Shown: positions 34,729-46,810 of the stretch, piece after piece
How the letters are laid out: each line of letters begins with the position of its first letter
How positions within the stretch are numbered: the first letter of the stretch is position 1
NCBI GenBank assembly: GCA_024137785.1
Contig: JAHRHZ010000075.1
Span: 1,029,210-1,093,209 of the forward strand
Origin: Ginglymostoma cirratum
Lineage: Eukaryota
Length of the DNA stretch: 64,000 nucleotides
Reading direction: 5' to 3'
Translations under genes and position numbers: made by a program
Notes under the pieces: generated by a model
What the model was told of the DNA's origin: nothing
The model's database searches: none
Seen by the model: only the letters and a program-made list of their open reading frames with translations

Positions 34729-36092
34729 AGAATCCCTGCAGTGCATTCAGCCCATCGAGCCTGCACTGACCCTCTGAAGAGCATCCCCCCAGTTCCAGCA
34801 GCCCCTCCCTCCCCCCACCTTAACTCCATAACCCCATATTTACCATGGTTAGTCCACATAGCCTGCACATCCCTGGTCACTACAGGCAATTTAGCATGGT
34901 CAATTCACCTAACCTGGGGGAGGTTTCGCTATTTATTACACTTCCAATTGGGACAGCCAAGATTGTCAATCTCCTATGCAGGTAGGGACAAACTGGGTCC
35001 CTTCTATTATTCATCCACCTTTTTGTTCATCTCAAAGATGAACCCCCCGCCACCTTGTGGACATCTTTTAACCAGACCAAACAAATTTATGTTTTAAGAG
35101 GAATCAATTTAATTAGGTTTTCTTGAGTTTACAAATAAGTGAGTATTAGTTACTAAAGGCAAGAAAAAGTAATAATGCAATATATATACACACAGGTGTA
35201 TGAGTCAATACCTGGATCTTTCACAAAGAGTGGGTAATAGAACGTTGATAACTGAACATTCAATTTCAGGATTTTTCACTATGCAGGTTAGCTGAAATTA
35301 TGTTGTCATGTTTCCTTTGATGCTGGCTGGCTGATGGCACTCACAGGGAGTTCTTCTCTTGTTCTGTTCCCTTTTGAGTGGCTTGCTTGCTTCAAGCACT
35401 CAGAGTGATCTAAGCTCTGCAGTCCAGTCATGAATAGTGGTCGACACCAGATTTCCAGCCTCTGAACTGCTTTTATCGTCACATTATTTATCTAGCATCT
35501 GATGTTGTCTTTGTGAAATAAAAATGCAGGAAAAAGAAGCAACCAATTTGTATGTGGCAAGGTCCCACAGACAACAATTGGATACACAAATAGATAATTG
35601 GTGTAATTTAATCAGTGGAATTTTGTTCGCGATGACAGAACCACATGTGGTCACCACTTACTTTTTAGTTTTTAGGAGCTGGCACCCATATCCTGGAGGG
35701 TCTTTGACTGTACTTACCTGGGCAAGTAGAGAATGTTCTATCACACACCTGACTTATGCCCTGTAGACAGTGGTGCAAATTTGCAGGGTGGATGTAAGTC
35801 ACTTGCTTCCATGCACCAGCCTCTAAACCTCTCCTGCATTCAGAGTATTTAACTGATTAAGCTAGTTAAAATTTTTGCTTAATGATACCTCCTAGGTTGT
35901 TGCCTGTGAGGGATTTGACAAAAGAAAAGCCATTGACTGTCGAGAAGAAATGGCTAGAGTGTCTCCTGTGGAGATTGGTCAATACCTGGCACTTGTGTGG
36001 AGCAAATGTTATTTGCCACTTTCCATCATTGATCATAAATTCTAGGTAGAAGATGGGAGAGTAATAGTTTTGGTAACTAGAATACATATATA

Positions 36093-36300
36093 GAGTCATA
36101 GAATCATACAGCACGGAAGCAGACCCTTTGGTCCAACCAGTCCAAGCCAACCATAAGCCCAAGCTAAACTCGTCCCACCTGCCTGCTTCTGGCTCATATC
36201 CCTTAAAACCTTTCTCATCCATGAACTTATCCAAATGTCTTTTAAACATTGTAATTGTGCCCACATCCACCAGTTTCTCAGGAAGTTCATTTCAAATGTG
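36093..36300 (-). mobile_element. CR1 LINE 3' end fragment
   Basis: ORF 35866..36270 begins with CR1-like TITMFKRHLDKFM; ctatgactc tail. Confidence 0.82.
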
Positions 36301-37564
36301 AATAATCAAACTCTGAATACAGGTCAAAATAGAAAGATTTGGAGCTGGGCATAGGAATACAGATATAAAACAAAATTAATATTGATAAAAACAGATCGCA
36401 GCTTGCATTGTGTTTATGACCTGCGGGTTAAATGGTGAGCAATGTCAAATATTTAAAATAATTTTTAAGATTATATAAGGGCAGATCATGGCTTGCATTA
36501 AAGGCAAGTGTCTCTTATATAAGGGATTACAGTAACTTGTTTTACAACATCAAAGCATCAAAAGCAGCTAGTCCTCCTTATATACCTTGGAAGTCAAATT
36601 TTATAAAAATCTGTAATAGATAATTGATTTACCACTCAGTTTCTTTTTCATTGTTCATCTCAGCTCTTAAAAGTATATGTAAATTTGTTCATTGTTTGTC
36701 TTAGTTCTCAGGAATACATGTAATTTTATTCCTTGTTTTTATCTCCTTTCACTCCCAATTTAATGTTATTCCATTTAAGCCTGGAGGCTGGGATCCAGGT
36801 TGACATTTTTTTTACAACTCCCTTCATTAGAATTCAGTATCAGATTATGGTGAAACAAGCTTTGAGGAGTGGAATGGATTTTCTTTGGTTTTCCATTTTA
36901 TGCAGAAGCTGAAATCTGACTCGTCTATACTCCGTGGAGAAACCTAGCTAAAAATGAATTGCATTTAACTGTTCTCAGAACAGTTTTTTAAATACACCAC
37001 AATTTTAGAATGTTCACTCATTTGAAGTGTTCTTAGTTTAGGTCATTTAAAATACACATTTCCTCAATGCCCTTCAGTCATCCTGTAACATATCTAATCC
37101 ATTCAGCTAAAGGGTTAGCAAGAATATCTGTTTTAAGACTTATGTCTCAGGTGTGCTTTACAGGAATTTAGAAATTGAAACTTGGATGCTCTCACATTGA
37201 ACTTATTGAAGAGCTTTGTGAATCCCTGTTAAGGTTAAAATGTTATTTTTGTTTTATAGGCTGTTGTTATAACTCATACTGGTTCTTGGGTCACAGTTTC
37301 CTCTACTATTGAATCTTTTCATTGATTGTGACCCATCGACAGCCCAAAATCTGTTTTGCATTTCTGTGCCCATTTGTGCAGTTCATCTACATTTGTTATC
37401 AATTGAATTACAGGTCAGGTGAGCTCTTCTCAGTGTTAAATTAACAGAAAACCCTTGCTGATTAAAGTAATCTCTTGTTGGCAGTGCTTCTATTGAGTAG
37501 GCATATTTAGTGCAAATTGGGCATAAGGCGACCTCCTATGCTCTTCCGTCCGGTTTGGGAGAGT

Positions 37565-37688
37565 GAGTGATCTAGACTCAAAACGTTAGCTTGCCCTCTC
37601 TCCATGGATGCTGTCTGATCCACTGTGATCTCCAGCATTTGTTGTTTTCTGAGCAGATTCCAGTATCTGCACTAATTTGCTCCTTTAT
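37565..37688 (+). mobile_element. Penelope-derived repeat, divergent subfamily
   Basis: ctagactcaaaacgttagcttgccctctctccatggatgctg...ctccagcattt...ttccagtatctgca. Confidence 0.65.
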
Positions 37689-37939
37689 TAATAGTGGCAG
37701 TCAGTTTTTAATTCTTTGTTTCCTTTCCCACTGAAAACAGCAGTCATGATATATCTGACCAACTTGAATGCACTGCTGAATTTCCCAATGTATAGATCAT
37801 TGACATCACCTATTTAGGAAACCAAGGGCTAATTTTTTCCAAAAATAGGTTAAGTGTTAATTTAAGGAAGTTTCATGAAAGTTTCTCTCTGTGAGCTCTA
37901 CAGAGTGGTCTCATGCAATTCTTTGCTGCTTACTTCATT

Positions 37940-38050
37940 TTGGGCCAAATGCTGGTAAATGGGACTAGATTAATTCAGGATATCTGGTCGGCATGGGCCA
38001 GTTGGACCGAAGGGTCTGTTTCCATGCTGTACAGCTCTATGACTCGATGA
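37940..38050 (+). mobile_element. CR1 3' UTR tail
   Basis: gggccaaatgctggtaaatgggactag...ttggaccgaagggtctgtttccatgctgtacagctctatgactc. Confidence 0.8.
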
Positions 38051-38749
38051 TATGCACCAGTTCCCTATTGCGCCATGTTTGCTCTTTTTTGTACGCAGTG
38101 GCGGTGGAAATATTCAGCATTGCTGAGATCTTACAGGAATTCTGCTGTTGGTGCCAAATTTAAAGTCTAGCTGCGCACCCAGTCAATTCCTGCCAGCCAT
38201 AATTATCATTTTGGCAGCACACATGGTGGAAGAAAAATGCACAGTGACAGCTTCTGAAAGCATAAAATATTGGAAATTGAAGCTCACATTTGTTAATGTA
38301 TCGCTACTTTTTATCACATGTCTGATTGACCGTCATTGTAACTGCAGCTACAAAGATGAAGCTACATAGGCTACTGGCCATCAGTACCATACAATGTTAG
38401 AATTGTCTCTAAGGGAGCACTACTCTTTCCCTAACACTCAATGTAGCATAACATCTGGTGATTATTCAATGTGGGAACACCACATGTTGGAAAGCCTTCA
38501 AACAACTGAAAACATTAATATTTATTGAAAAACAGGAAATGTGAAGAAAAACACAAACAAGCCAGCATATTTCAAATCAAGTTAAAAGGCCATCAAGATT
38601 ATCAACTGTTGGAACAGAGGGTCTTAAAGTTACAATGACATCCCAATTCAAGGTTTTTTGTCTCCTACAAGTCACATTTGCTTCTGGAATAAACAAGGGA
38701 TGCTTGCCTTTCAAGCAAGGACAAATTTGCAGCCAATAGGTTACCCAAC

Positions 38750-39750
38750 TTGGATCTGTTGGAAGTGGGTGTCAATTATATCCTGTCCGGCTTGTTCTGC
38801 CCAACTTTGCACCACTGTATCATGATGCAGGTGGTACTTCTCCTGCTCAATGTCCTCATTTTCCTCGTCTGAAGATCTCTGCTGCTCTCCTAGCTCTTCA
38901 ACATCCATCACCCTCATTGCGTACTTGTGTTGTGTAGACCACAGCATATAAGAATTATATGACATATTCTGTCTAGAGTGTACTGCAGACCAATCCAAAT
39001 ATCAGAACCTCATATTCAGGAGGTATTCTATCTGCTCCACAATGACCTTGGTGGAAAAAGGGGCTGATCTGTATCTAGGGTCATCCTCACAAATAGAGAT
39101 GTACAATGACGTCATCAACCATGGTTGAAGAGGGTAGCCCTTATATCCCAGTAACTACCATTGTAAGGCATCTGGCCCTTGATATGTAGCAGAAAAATGA
39201 GAATTTTCATGGATATAGGCATCATGGCAGCTCCCAGGACAAGTGGCACAGACTTTTAAGGTGTCGTAGTGTTGATCACAGATCATTTGTACATTAACAG
39301 AATGAAGTCCTTTCTGTTGCTGGAATCATCCATGTGATATGACACTCTCCATGCAGGCTGTAGTGTCGTGCCCCTGGAGGAAGCCTAGTCTATTGTTAGA
39401 GTACATTGGCTGGTCCGTAGCGCTGACCCCAAGACAGGAGAATGAAATGAAACTGTGAGATCTGACACAAATGGCATTGATACCAACCTTGATACATTTG
39501 TGGGTTGAGGGTCCACAGTGAATCCTTGGAAACAGACAGTTGTATCAAAATCTAGCACAGATGACACCATGTGTTGGCTGCTCACCCTTTCAGTTTTCAG
39601 GTTCTACTTGATCAAACAATGCAGTTCTGGATGGTGTCCTGGTACACCCTCAGTCTGGGCAGCGATGTGCTTCTCTCTTCTGGACAAAAAGGCAAGGAGG
39701 ACCATAGATTCTTAGTTTTCTGTATCTCCTCTGTATCCTGAGAGGAACCT
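38750..39750 (-). mobile_element. Fossil PIF/Harbinger (HARBI1-like, DDE_Tnp_4) transposase pseudogene
   Basis: Minus-strand motifs in the correct order, across frameshifts: VLDFDTTVCFQG (ORF 39385..39585), NRKG/HSVNVQMICDQH (~39319-39270), PGSCHDAYI (39238-39212), LLGYKGYPLQPWLMTS (39154-39107), VIVEQ..LLNMRF*YLDWS, CCGLHN, then an acidic tail SSDEENEDIE. Confidence 0.85.
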
Positions 39751-41327
39751 TACCTGTGAGTCCCTCACAAGGAGACTGTCAGGCACTGGAGGTTGCTTCA
39801 GACTTAGGTTTGCTGACACATCTGTTCCTCTTCTACTTCTCTGCACCTTCTTAGTGCTGCGACAACAATGATCCCTGCTCTGGCTGGATCCATTACTCAC
39901 GGTTCCAATGAACATGTGTGGGAAAATATCAGAACCAAAACAAGTTCTTAGTGACCTGAGCAGTCAGCATTTGAATGATTTACAAGTGAAGGTTTAGTAT
40001 AATCCTTGCTAAAGTGCTAGAAGAAGGATTCTGACAGGAGGACTATAGAATGGCTATAAATAGACTTTAACATCAGAGATCTTAAATCAGTGTATGTGGT
40101 CCAAGCTGTGCCGGGTAAATAAAGTAGAGGATTGTAAGTGCAGTAGAATTACTAATATTTTGCTTCCCACAACTCCCAGATCATCCAAAAAAAACCAATA
40201 TTGCAAACAAGAACATGTCGGCAAATATTTACAGTTCAAAGTGAGAGGAAATCAGCTCCATGCCCTTGTGTAGCCCATGAGACCTTGGATTGTCTTTGTG
40301 AATTGTGGCCCATGGTTGATAGTTTAAAGTTCACCTGCCATTACTTCTGCTTCGCAGAGTTGACTACAATCTATTTGGAATGAACAATGACATGGCCATG
40401 ATTGCTTCTGCCCATGAATTGTATTTCATACAGTTGGTAACTGCATATATTTCACATGCAAGGTTCTATGATTACAGATGTCTTCAGCCTATGTAAGTGT
40501 CTGATTAATATATTTTCTCCTTGAAGAACCACACACCACTCACAACTAGACCTCATGGTCTCGGATATAAAACAAAAACACTTGCTCTGTCTACTCTAGC
40601 TATGATGATAGCTATTTTTCATGTGCATTGTACATTTGTGATTTGGCTGAGGATGGAATGTGACACAGGTTTTGGTTTGCAAACCGTGTTGCCAAGTTTA
40701 GCCTGGCAATGTAAGTGATACTCAACCTTTCATGTTCCTTTCTTCCTTGCACCCCCTGGTGACTCCATTAGTTCTGAGCTTCCACATGTTCCCACCCAAC
40801 TTTTTCATTTAAGTCTTCATTTCTCAGCATTACCCCTGAGACTTGGCCCTACAGTTTAGCTATGCCAACCGTCATTGTGCTGTTAGCTCATCAAAGCCAA
40901 GCTGGTGCTAATCATCTGTGACCACAGTTCCTCAGAAAACCGTGTCCTTGAAAGCATTACTATCTCCCACTTTTAAATGACAAGCTGCCTGGCTTTGAGT
41001 CAAGCCTAAATAGAAAGGAAAGACAGAAGTACTATAAGCCTGTAATTCTGAATGAGGCAGGAAGCATAAAAAAACCACAGCAAATCAGGGATGGGGAGAA
41101 CATGGTTTATTGTAGGTGGTAACTGCCCATGGAGCGTAGACTGAGATGCTGGGGCCTGCTGTCAAAAGTGGAGGCTGAAGGACCATGCAGTGAGTTGGAG
41201 TGGACATTTATCTGCTCCAATTTTCCTGTTGGGAATTGTTGCTGTCTCGTTTCTAAGAGCAGAGTGGGAGAATGGCAAATTGCATCTAAATGAAGTGAGA
41301 ATAAGTAAGAATGAGATGTAACTGCGA

Positions 41328-41665
41328 CTTATCACTGGACTGTTAATCCAGAGACCCAGACAATGTTCTGGGGACCCGGGTTTGAATCCCGCTATGGCAG
41401 ATGGTGGAATTTGAGTTCAATAATTATCTGGAATTAAGAGTCTACTGATAATCATAAATCCATTGCCGATTGTTGGGAAAAACTCGTCTGGTTCCCTAAT
41501 GTCCTTTAGGGAAGGAAACTACCATCCTTACCAGGTCTGGCCTACATGTGACTCCAGACCCACAGCAATGAGGTTGACTCTTAATTAACTGCCCTCTGGG
41601 CAGTTAGTGATGGACAATAAATGCTGCCTGGCGGTGATGCCCACATCCTGTGAACAAATAAAGAA
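41328..41665 (+). mobile_element. tRNA-derived SINE, near full length
   Basis: B-box-like gggtttgaatccc (41378-41390), core ccttaccaggtctggcctacatgtgactccagacc, LINE-shared tail gatggacaataaatgctg...gatgcccacatcc, A-rich end. Confidence 0.8.
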
Positions 41666-42179
41666 AGAAAACAAATAAAAAGACATCTCACTACTCTTCG
41701 TGAAATTCTCACCTTATCATTAAAACTTTGGGTAAAAATTTGGACATTTTTTCTTGACATCAGTCATCTTAATTTTTTGAATTGCCATATTCTCCCAATT
41801 GACTTGCCATTGCCCTTGTTATTCAAGCACTGGGAAAATTTAGCTGTTTAAAGTTTCTGCTCTTCCTATTAGCATCACCACTTGCAGCTGCTCAGCTGAG
41901 TATTGTGAGCTACGCAGGGCAACCTTTTCAATCTCACTGTCTGCAGCATTTGGTATATATAGTCATTCATGTGAATGACACAGATGCTGTTAATTTGCTC
42001 TAAGCAATAAGTAATATACATGAGACTGCTCTTGCATGCCTGCATTAATAGAAAAAAAGTATTTTCCTTAGGAAGTTCTTGGGGATCAAGGATTTGCTCT
42101 GAGATGGTTGGGCTGTCCAGTGCATGATCTACAGACTCTGTTGCATTGGGGCAAGTAGCGCTTGAAGCATTGAGAGGGT

Positions 42180-43200
42180 TGGTCGCTTGGAGATTCACTG
42201 CTCCCTCTGATGCTTTGACTTCTTTTCTGTGAATTCCCAACAAAGTCTCTTGATGTGTTTTGCGCTTTCCTGGATGAACCTTCTTCATGTTGCTTTGTCA
42301 CAAACTGGACCCCTGTGAATCAACAGCAATGTTTGACTTCTTCAGGGATGTTTTGAGGGCATCTCAGATGTGCTTGAGCTCCATGTGCTTTAATATTTTT
42401 GTGTCAAGCACACATGGCCCTGCCCAGTGGAGCTAGTTTTGATTGATTATCACCTTGGTGCCGGGGATCTTGGCTTGGAAGAAGGTACTGTTGTTAGATC
42501 ACTTTTCTTTGCCATTGGGTTTGGAAGATTTTGTAAAGGCACTGCTGGTAGCATTTCTTGAGGTCTTTGAAGTGAATACAATAGATTGTCCACATCTCTG
42601 AAATATTTAGGGATGTAGAGATAGTCCCTGCCTGGAGATCACTAACTAAGTAGATATACACAGAGGGACCATTGGCATACTGAATGCCTATGACTGAGGT
42701 TGGAATGGCTTCTGTCTTTCATTTAAGGTGGTTCAGGGTGAATAGTTTCCTGTCTATTCTGTAAGTTATCTGTATGCCTGTGGGCAAGTTGCTAGAGGCA
42801 AATGGCAGTATTGCGGAAGTAAATGGAGGAATGAGTTGGTCCAATGATATATCCTTGTTTCACCATCGTCTTCATTGATATAAGGGTTGCTGTGATCGTT
42901 TCATTGGTGAGGATCACAGTTTGCACATCGTCATGAAATAACTGGGGTGACAAATTTCTGAGGGCAGCCCAAGTTTGAGGAGGATACTCCACATGTCTGG
43001 ATGGTTGACAAAGTCAAAGGCTTTCAGGAGGTCGAAAGGTCATCTACAGGAGCTGGTAGTGGTTCTTGCTCTCGTCTTGGATTTTCCACACAGTGAAGAT
43101 GTTTGTAGTGCCTCTTTAATTGGTGAAAATGTATTATGACTCTGGAAGGAGATCTTCATCCAGTGGAAGGAAGCGGTTGAAAAGGATCTTTGTAATAAGC
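42180..43200 (-). mobile_element. RTE-clade LINE reverse transcriptase remnant
   Basis: Minus strand: FDLLKAFDFVNH (~43036-43001), VKQGYIIGPTHSSIY (ORF 42792..42992) and YQQCLYKIFQTQW, resembling RTE motifs DLxKAFD, GVKQGC and HQRCLRKILxIxW. Confidence 0.75.
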
Positions 43201-43980
43201 TCCCCTGTGACAAATGGTTAGTCCTGTAGTTGAACTTAAAGGAGAAGTAACAAACCAGTGGTCTACCACAGGGCTTAGGGTTAGGCCCCTTGCTGTTTAT
43301 GGTATATGTTAATGATTTGGACTTAAATATGGGAGGCATGTTTGGGAAATTTGAACATAAAACAATGTTGGCTGGGTAGTTGAAAGTGAAGAGGACAGCT
43401 GTTGGCTGCAGGATAATATCTATGGTTTGGCTGATGGACAAAAAAAGTGGTAAGTGGAACTCAATCTGGAGAAGTGTGAGGAAATGCACTAGGGAGGGCA
43501 AAGAAAAATGGGAAGTCAATAATAAACAGGAGGATATCGATTTCAGTAGAGGAAATGAGAGACCTGGAGTGCATGTCCACAGGTCCTTGAACATGTCAGA
43601 ACAGGGAGAGAAAGTTGTAAAGAAAGCTAATGGAATGCTTTCACTTCTTGAATATGGTATAGATTACAAAAACAGAGATCTGATGCTGGTATTGTCTAAG
43701 ATGCTGGTTTGGCCACAGCTGGAATTTTGTACGCAGTTCTGGTTACCACACTACAGGAAGGACTTAATTGCTCTGGAGAGAGTACAGAGGATAATGTCGC
43801 CAGGGCTTGAAACTTACAGCAATGAGGAAAGCTTGAATAGGCTAGTGTTGTTTTTCTGAGAAGAGAGAGGACTAAAGGATTGAGGTGAATGAAATTATGA
43901 GGGATCTAGATAGATCAGACTGGAAAAACTCCTTTTCCCCTAATGGAAGGATCACTTACAATGAGGTACAGATTTAAAGT

Positions 43981-44220
43981 GTTAACATTTTGGGTCAAGT
44001 AACTCTTCCTCAGAACTCTAATCCCAGTCTGCGACCCTTCATCCATAGTATTATGCATAACAGCATTTCAAACATTCATCCCCAGTTATGAGGAAGGGTC
44101 ACTCGACCTGAAACATTAACTCTGACTTCTGTCCAAAGATGCTGCCATATCTGCTGAGTTTTTCCAGCAATTTCTGTCTTTGTTTCTGATTTACAACATC
44201 TGCAGTTCTGTTGGATTTTG
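43981..44220. mobile_element. Penelope-derived insertion 1: inverted motif, captured CR1-like fragment, then sense copy
   Basis: Bounded by CAGATTTAAAGT (43969-43980) and CAGATTTAAGGT (44221-44232). Confidence 0.8.
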
Positions 44221-44232
44221 CAGATTTAAGGT

Positions 44233-44361
44233 CTCTGATGAAGAGTCACTGGACTTGAAACGTTAACTTTGCTTTCTTTCCACAGATGCTGCCGAACCTG
44301 CTGAGTTTCTCCAGCAATTTCTGTTTTTGTTTCTCCAGTATCCACCGTTATTTTGTTATGA
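44233..44361 (+). mobile_element. Penelope-derived insertion 2 with hammerhead-like 5' end
   Basis: CUGAUGA A GAGUC ACUG GACUU GAAAC GUU AACU at 44235-44268. Bounded by CAGATTTAAGGT and CAAATTTAGGT (44362-44372). Confidence 0.8.
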
Positions 44362-44592
44362 CAAATTTAGGTGATTGGTGGAAAGATTAAAGGGCACATC
44401 AGGAATAACTTTATCCCAGAGGGATTAGAATAGTTAGATAGTTATTTTTGATCAGTGCAGACTCAATGGGCCGAAGGGCCTTTTTCTGTTTTGTAAACCT
44501 TTATAACTCCAGTGTGGTAGATGTCTGGTATTTGCTTAACAACAATGGGAATATGGCAGTATAAACTCTAAGTTCACTAGCTCAAGTACTTT

Positions 44593-46810
44593 TAGTCATA
44601 GAATCATATAAAACAGGAAGAAGCTATTCACCCTACTGTGGCCAAGCTGGTCATCATAACAACCATTTACTCTAATCCCAGTCTCCAACCCTTGGTCCAT
44701 GGTATTTTATGCTATAGCACTTGAAGCATTGATCCAAAACTTCTTAAAGGTATTGAGGCTTCCTGCCTTTACCACTCTCTCAGGAAGTGAGTTTCAGACA
44801 AACCTTTTCTTTGGCTGAAAATTGTTTTCCTCAAATACCTTCTGAGTCTCCTACCACTTAACTTAAAGATATGCTCTCTGCTTATCAACCCTCCTACTGA
44901 ATTATTCGATCTTTGCTCATCAATTTTGTACACTATATTTAGGTCATCCCTCTGCCTTCTCTGCTCTAAGGTAAACAACACCAGCCTATCTAGTCTCGCT
45001 TTATGGCAGAACCTCTCCAGTCCAGGCAATATCCTGGTGAATTTCCTCTACATCCTCTCTAGTACAATCTCATCCATCCTACAGTGTTGTATCTGCAACT
45101 GCACACAGGACTCCAGCTGTGGCTTAACTATTATTATATACAGCTCCTTCATATCAGCCCTGCTGTTATAATCAATGCCTCAACTAATAAAGGCAATTAT
45201 TACATGTACATTCTTAACCACCTTATGCAATTGTCCTGCTGTCTTCAAAAATCTGTGGACAGGCACATAAAGGTCCATCTGTTCCTCTGTATTTCCTTGG
45301 GGCTTACCATTCATTGTGAACCCCCTTGCTTTCTTAGTCTCCTGGAAATACGTCACTTCACACTTTTCAGGATTAACTTCCATTTGTCACTGTTCAGCCC
45401 ATCTGATCAACAAGTCTTTATCCTTCGGTAATTAAAGGCTTTCCTCCTCAGTATTCACCACACCACCAATTTTCATGACATCTGCAAACGTACAAATTAT
45501 AATCCTACATTAATCTCCAGATCATTAATGTGCACCTTAATGGACAGAGTATCAAATCCCACAGTATGCTACTGGACACAGTCACAAAAATAGCCTTTCA
45601 TTGTCATCTGTTGCTTCTTTCACTAAGCTAATTTTGGATCCAATTTGCCAATTGGTCTGGATCCCATTGTCTTTTTCCCACTTGACCAGTCTCCCACGCA
45701 AGACCTTGTCAAAAGCCTTACTAAAGTCCACACAGATGACGCTTCCCTCCTTTACACATCTCTTCAAATTTAATCAAATTTGTTAACACCATCTCCCTTG
45801 AGAAAGACATGCTGATTACCCTTAATTAATTCTTGACTATCCAGATAGAGATTAATTCTGTCCCTCAGAATTCTACTGGATTTCCTAATATTGATTTAGA
45901 CTCACTAGCCTGAAATTTACTGGTTTATCCCTACCTCCTTCTTGAATAATGGTACCAAATTAGCTGTCCTCCAGTTGTCTGCCACCACTCCTGTGGCCAG
46001 AGAGGATTTGAAAATGATTGTCAGAGACCTGTAATCTCTTCCCTTGTCTACCACTTATAGCCTGGGATTCTTCTCATCCATGCTCAGAAATTTAGCCACT
46101 TTTAAATCTACTAAAACCATTAGTACCTCCTCCATCTCAAAACTAATTTCTTCAAGTCTCACCAACTCCAGAAGTATATAACAGAATCTCTGAATAAATT
46201 GAAAATAATATAATAGTTTCCCCTCCCTGAATTCTAGACCTATATCAACCTTTCTTATTCTGAATACAGATGTAAAGTACTTATTTAAGACCTCACTTCC
46301 ATCTTCCAGCTTCACACACAGGTTGCCATTTTGGTCCCTCTTTCCCTGGTTATCCACTTGCCCCTAACATATTCATAAAATGCCTTTGGATTTTCCTTTG
46401 TTTTACCCGCAGTTTTTTTTATGCCCCCTCTCCAATCTTCTACATTTTCATCCTTCTTTTTCTCCATGACTATTTGGGAGGCCATAGTACATTCCCAGAG
46501 ATGTTATTGCTCGCTTTGTCTAAGATTCTGTCCATACGGTCTCAACCGAGGAACTTTCCAAGGTTCTCCTTATTATTCCTCCTTATTGCAGGGATTGACT
46601 TCTTGATCAATATTGTGGCACAACCTCCTCCACTCCATCTCACCTGAAGGTTCTATAGGTTGAAGTATTGAGTGGACAGTGCTGTCCATCCTCAAACATT
46701 TCTCTGTGAAAACAATGGTATCACATCCCTATATGTTAATCAGCACCCTGAACTCATCTGCCTTACATATAAGATGCCTTGCATTAAGTAAATGCTGTCC
46801 AGCCTTGCCA
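44593..46810 (-). mobile_element. Degraded CR1 LINE ORF2 with internal deletions
   Basis: ORF fragments VDFSKAFDKV (45582..45767), NPEKCEVTYF (45180..45383), SEVLNKYFTSVF (46055..46357) and RLVLFTLEQRR (44769..45029); tagtcatagaatcata tail. Confidence 0.9.

Larger units (their letters stand above)
34617..34918 (-). mobile_element. HE1-like SINE 3' part interrupted by a Penelope-derived insertion
   Basis: atcatagaatccctg|...|cagtgcattcagcccatcgag...ggcaatttagcatggtcaattcacctaacctg. Confidence 0.75.
43230..44510 (+). mobile_element. CR1 LINE RT/3' remnant interrupted by two Penelope-derived insertions
   Basis: GLPQGLGLGPLLFMVYVNDLD at ~43260-43322; ORF 43380..43859 LVWPQLEFCTQFWLPHYRKD; tail atgggccgaagggcct at 44466. 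Confidence 0.88.

Noticed and set aside
33240-35300. Possible LTR-retrotransposon remnants around 33.2-34.2 kb and 34.95-35.3 kb
   Set aside because: No gag/pol motif, PBS or paired LTR could be identified.
37826-41745. Terminal inverted repeats for the 39 kb Harbinger (gggctaattttttcc... vs ...gggtaaaaatttggac)
   Set aside because: Similarity is too weak and AT-rich to support by eye.
44084-44361. Retrozyme-style head-to-tail multimer
   Set aside because: A copy of the host target sequence lies between the two units and the units are diverged, which favours two separate insertions over a rolling-circle multimer.
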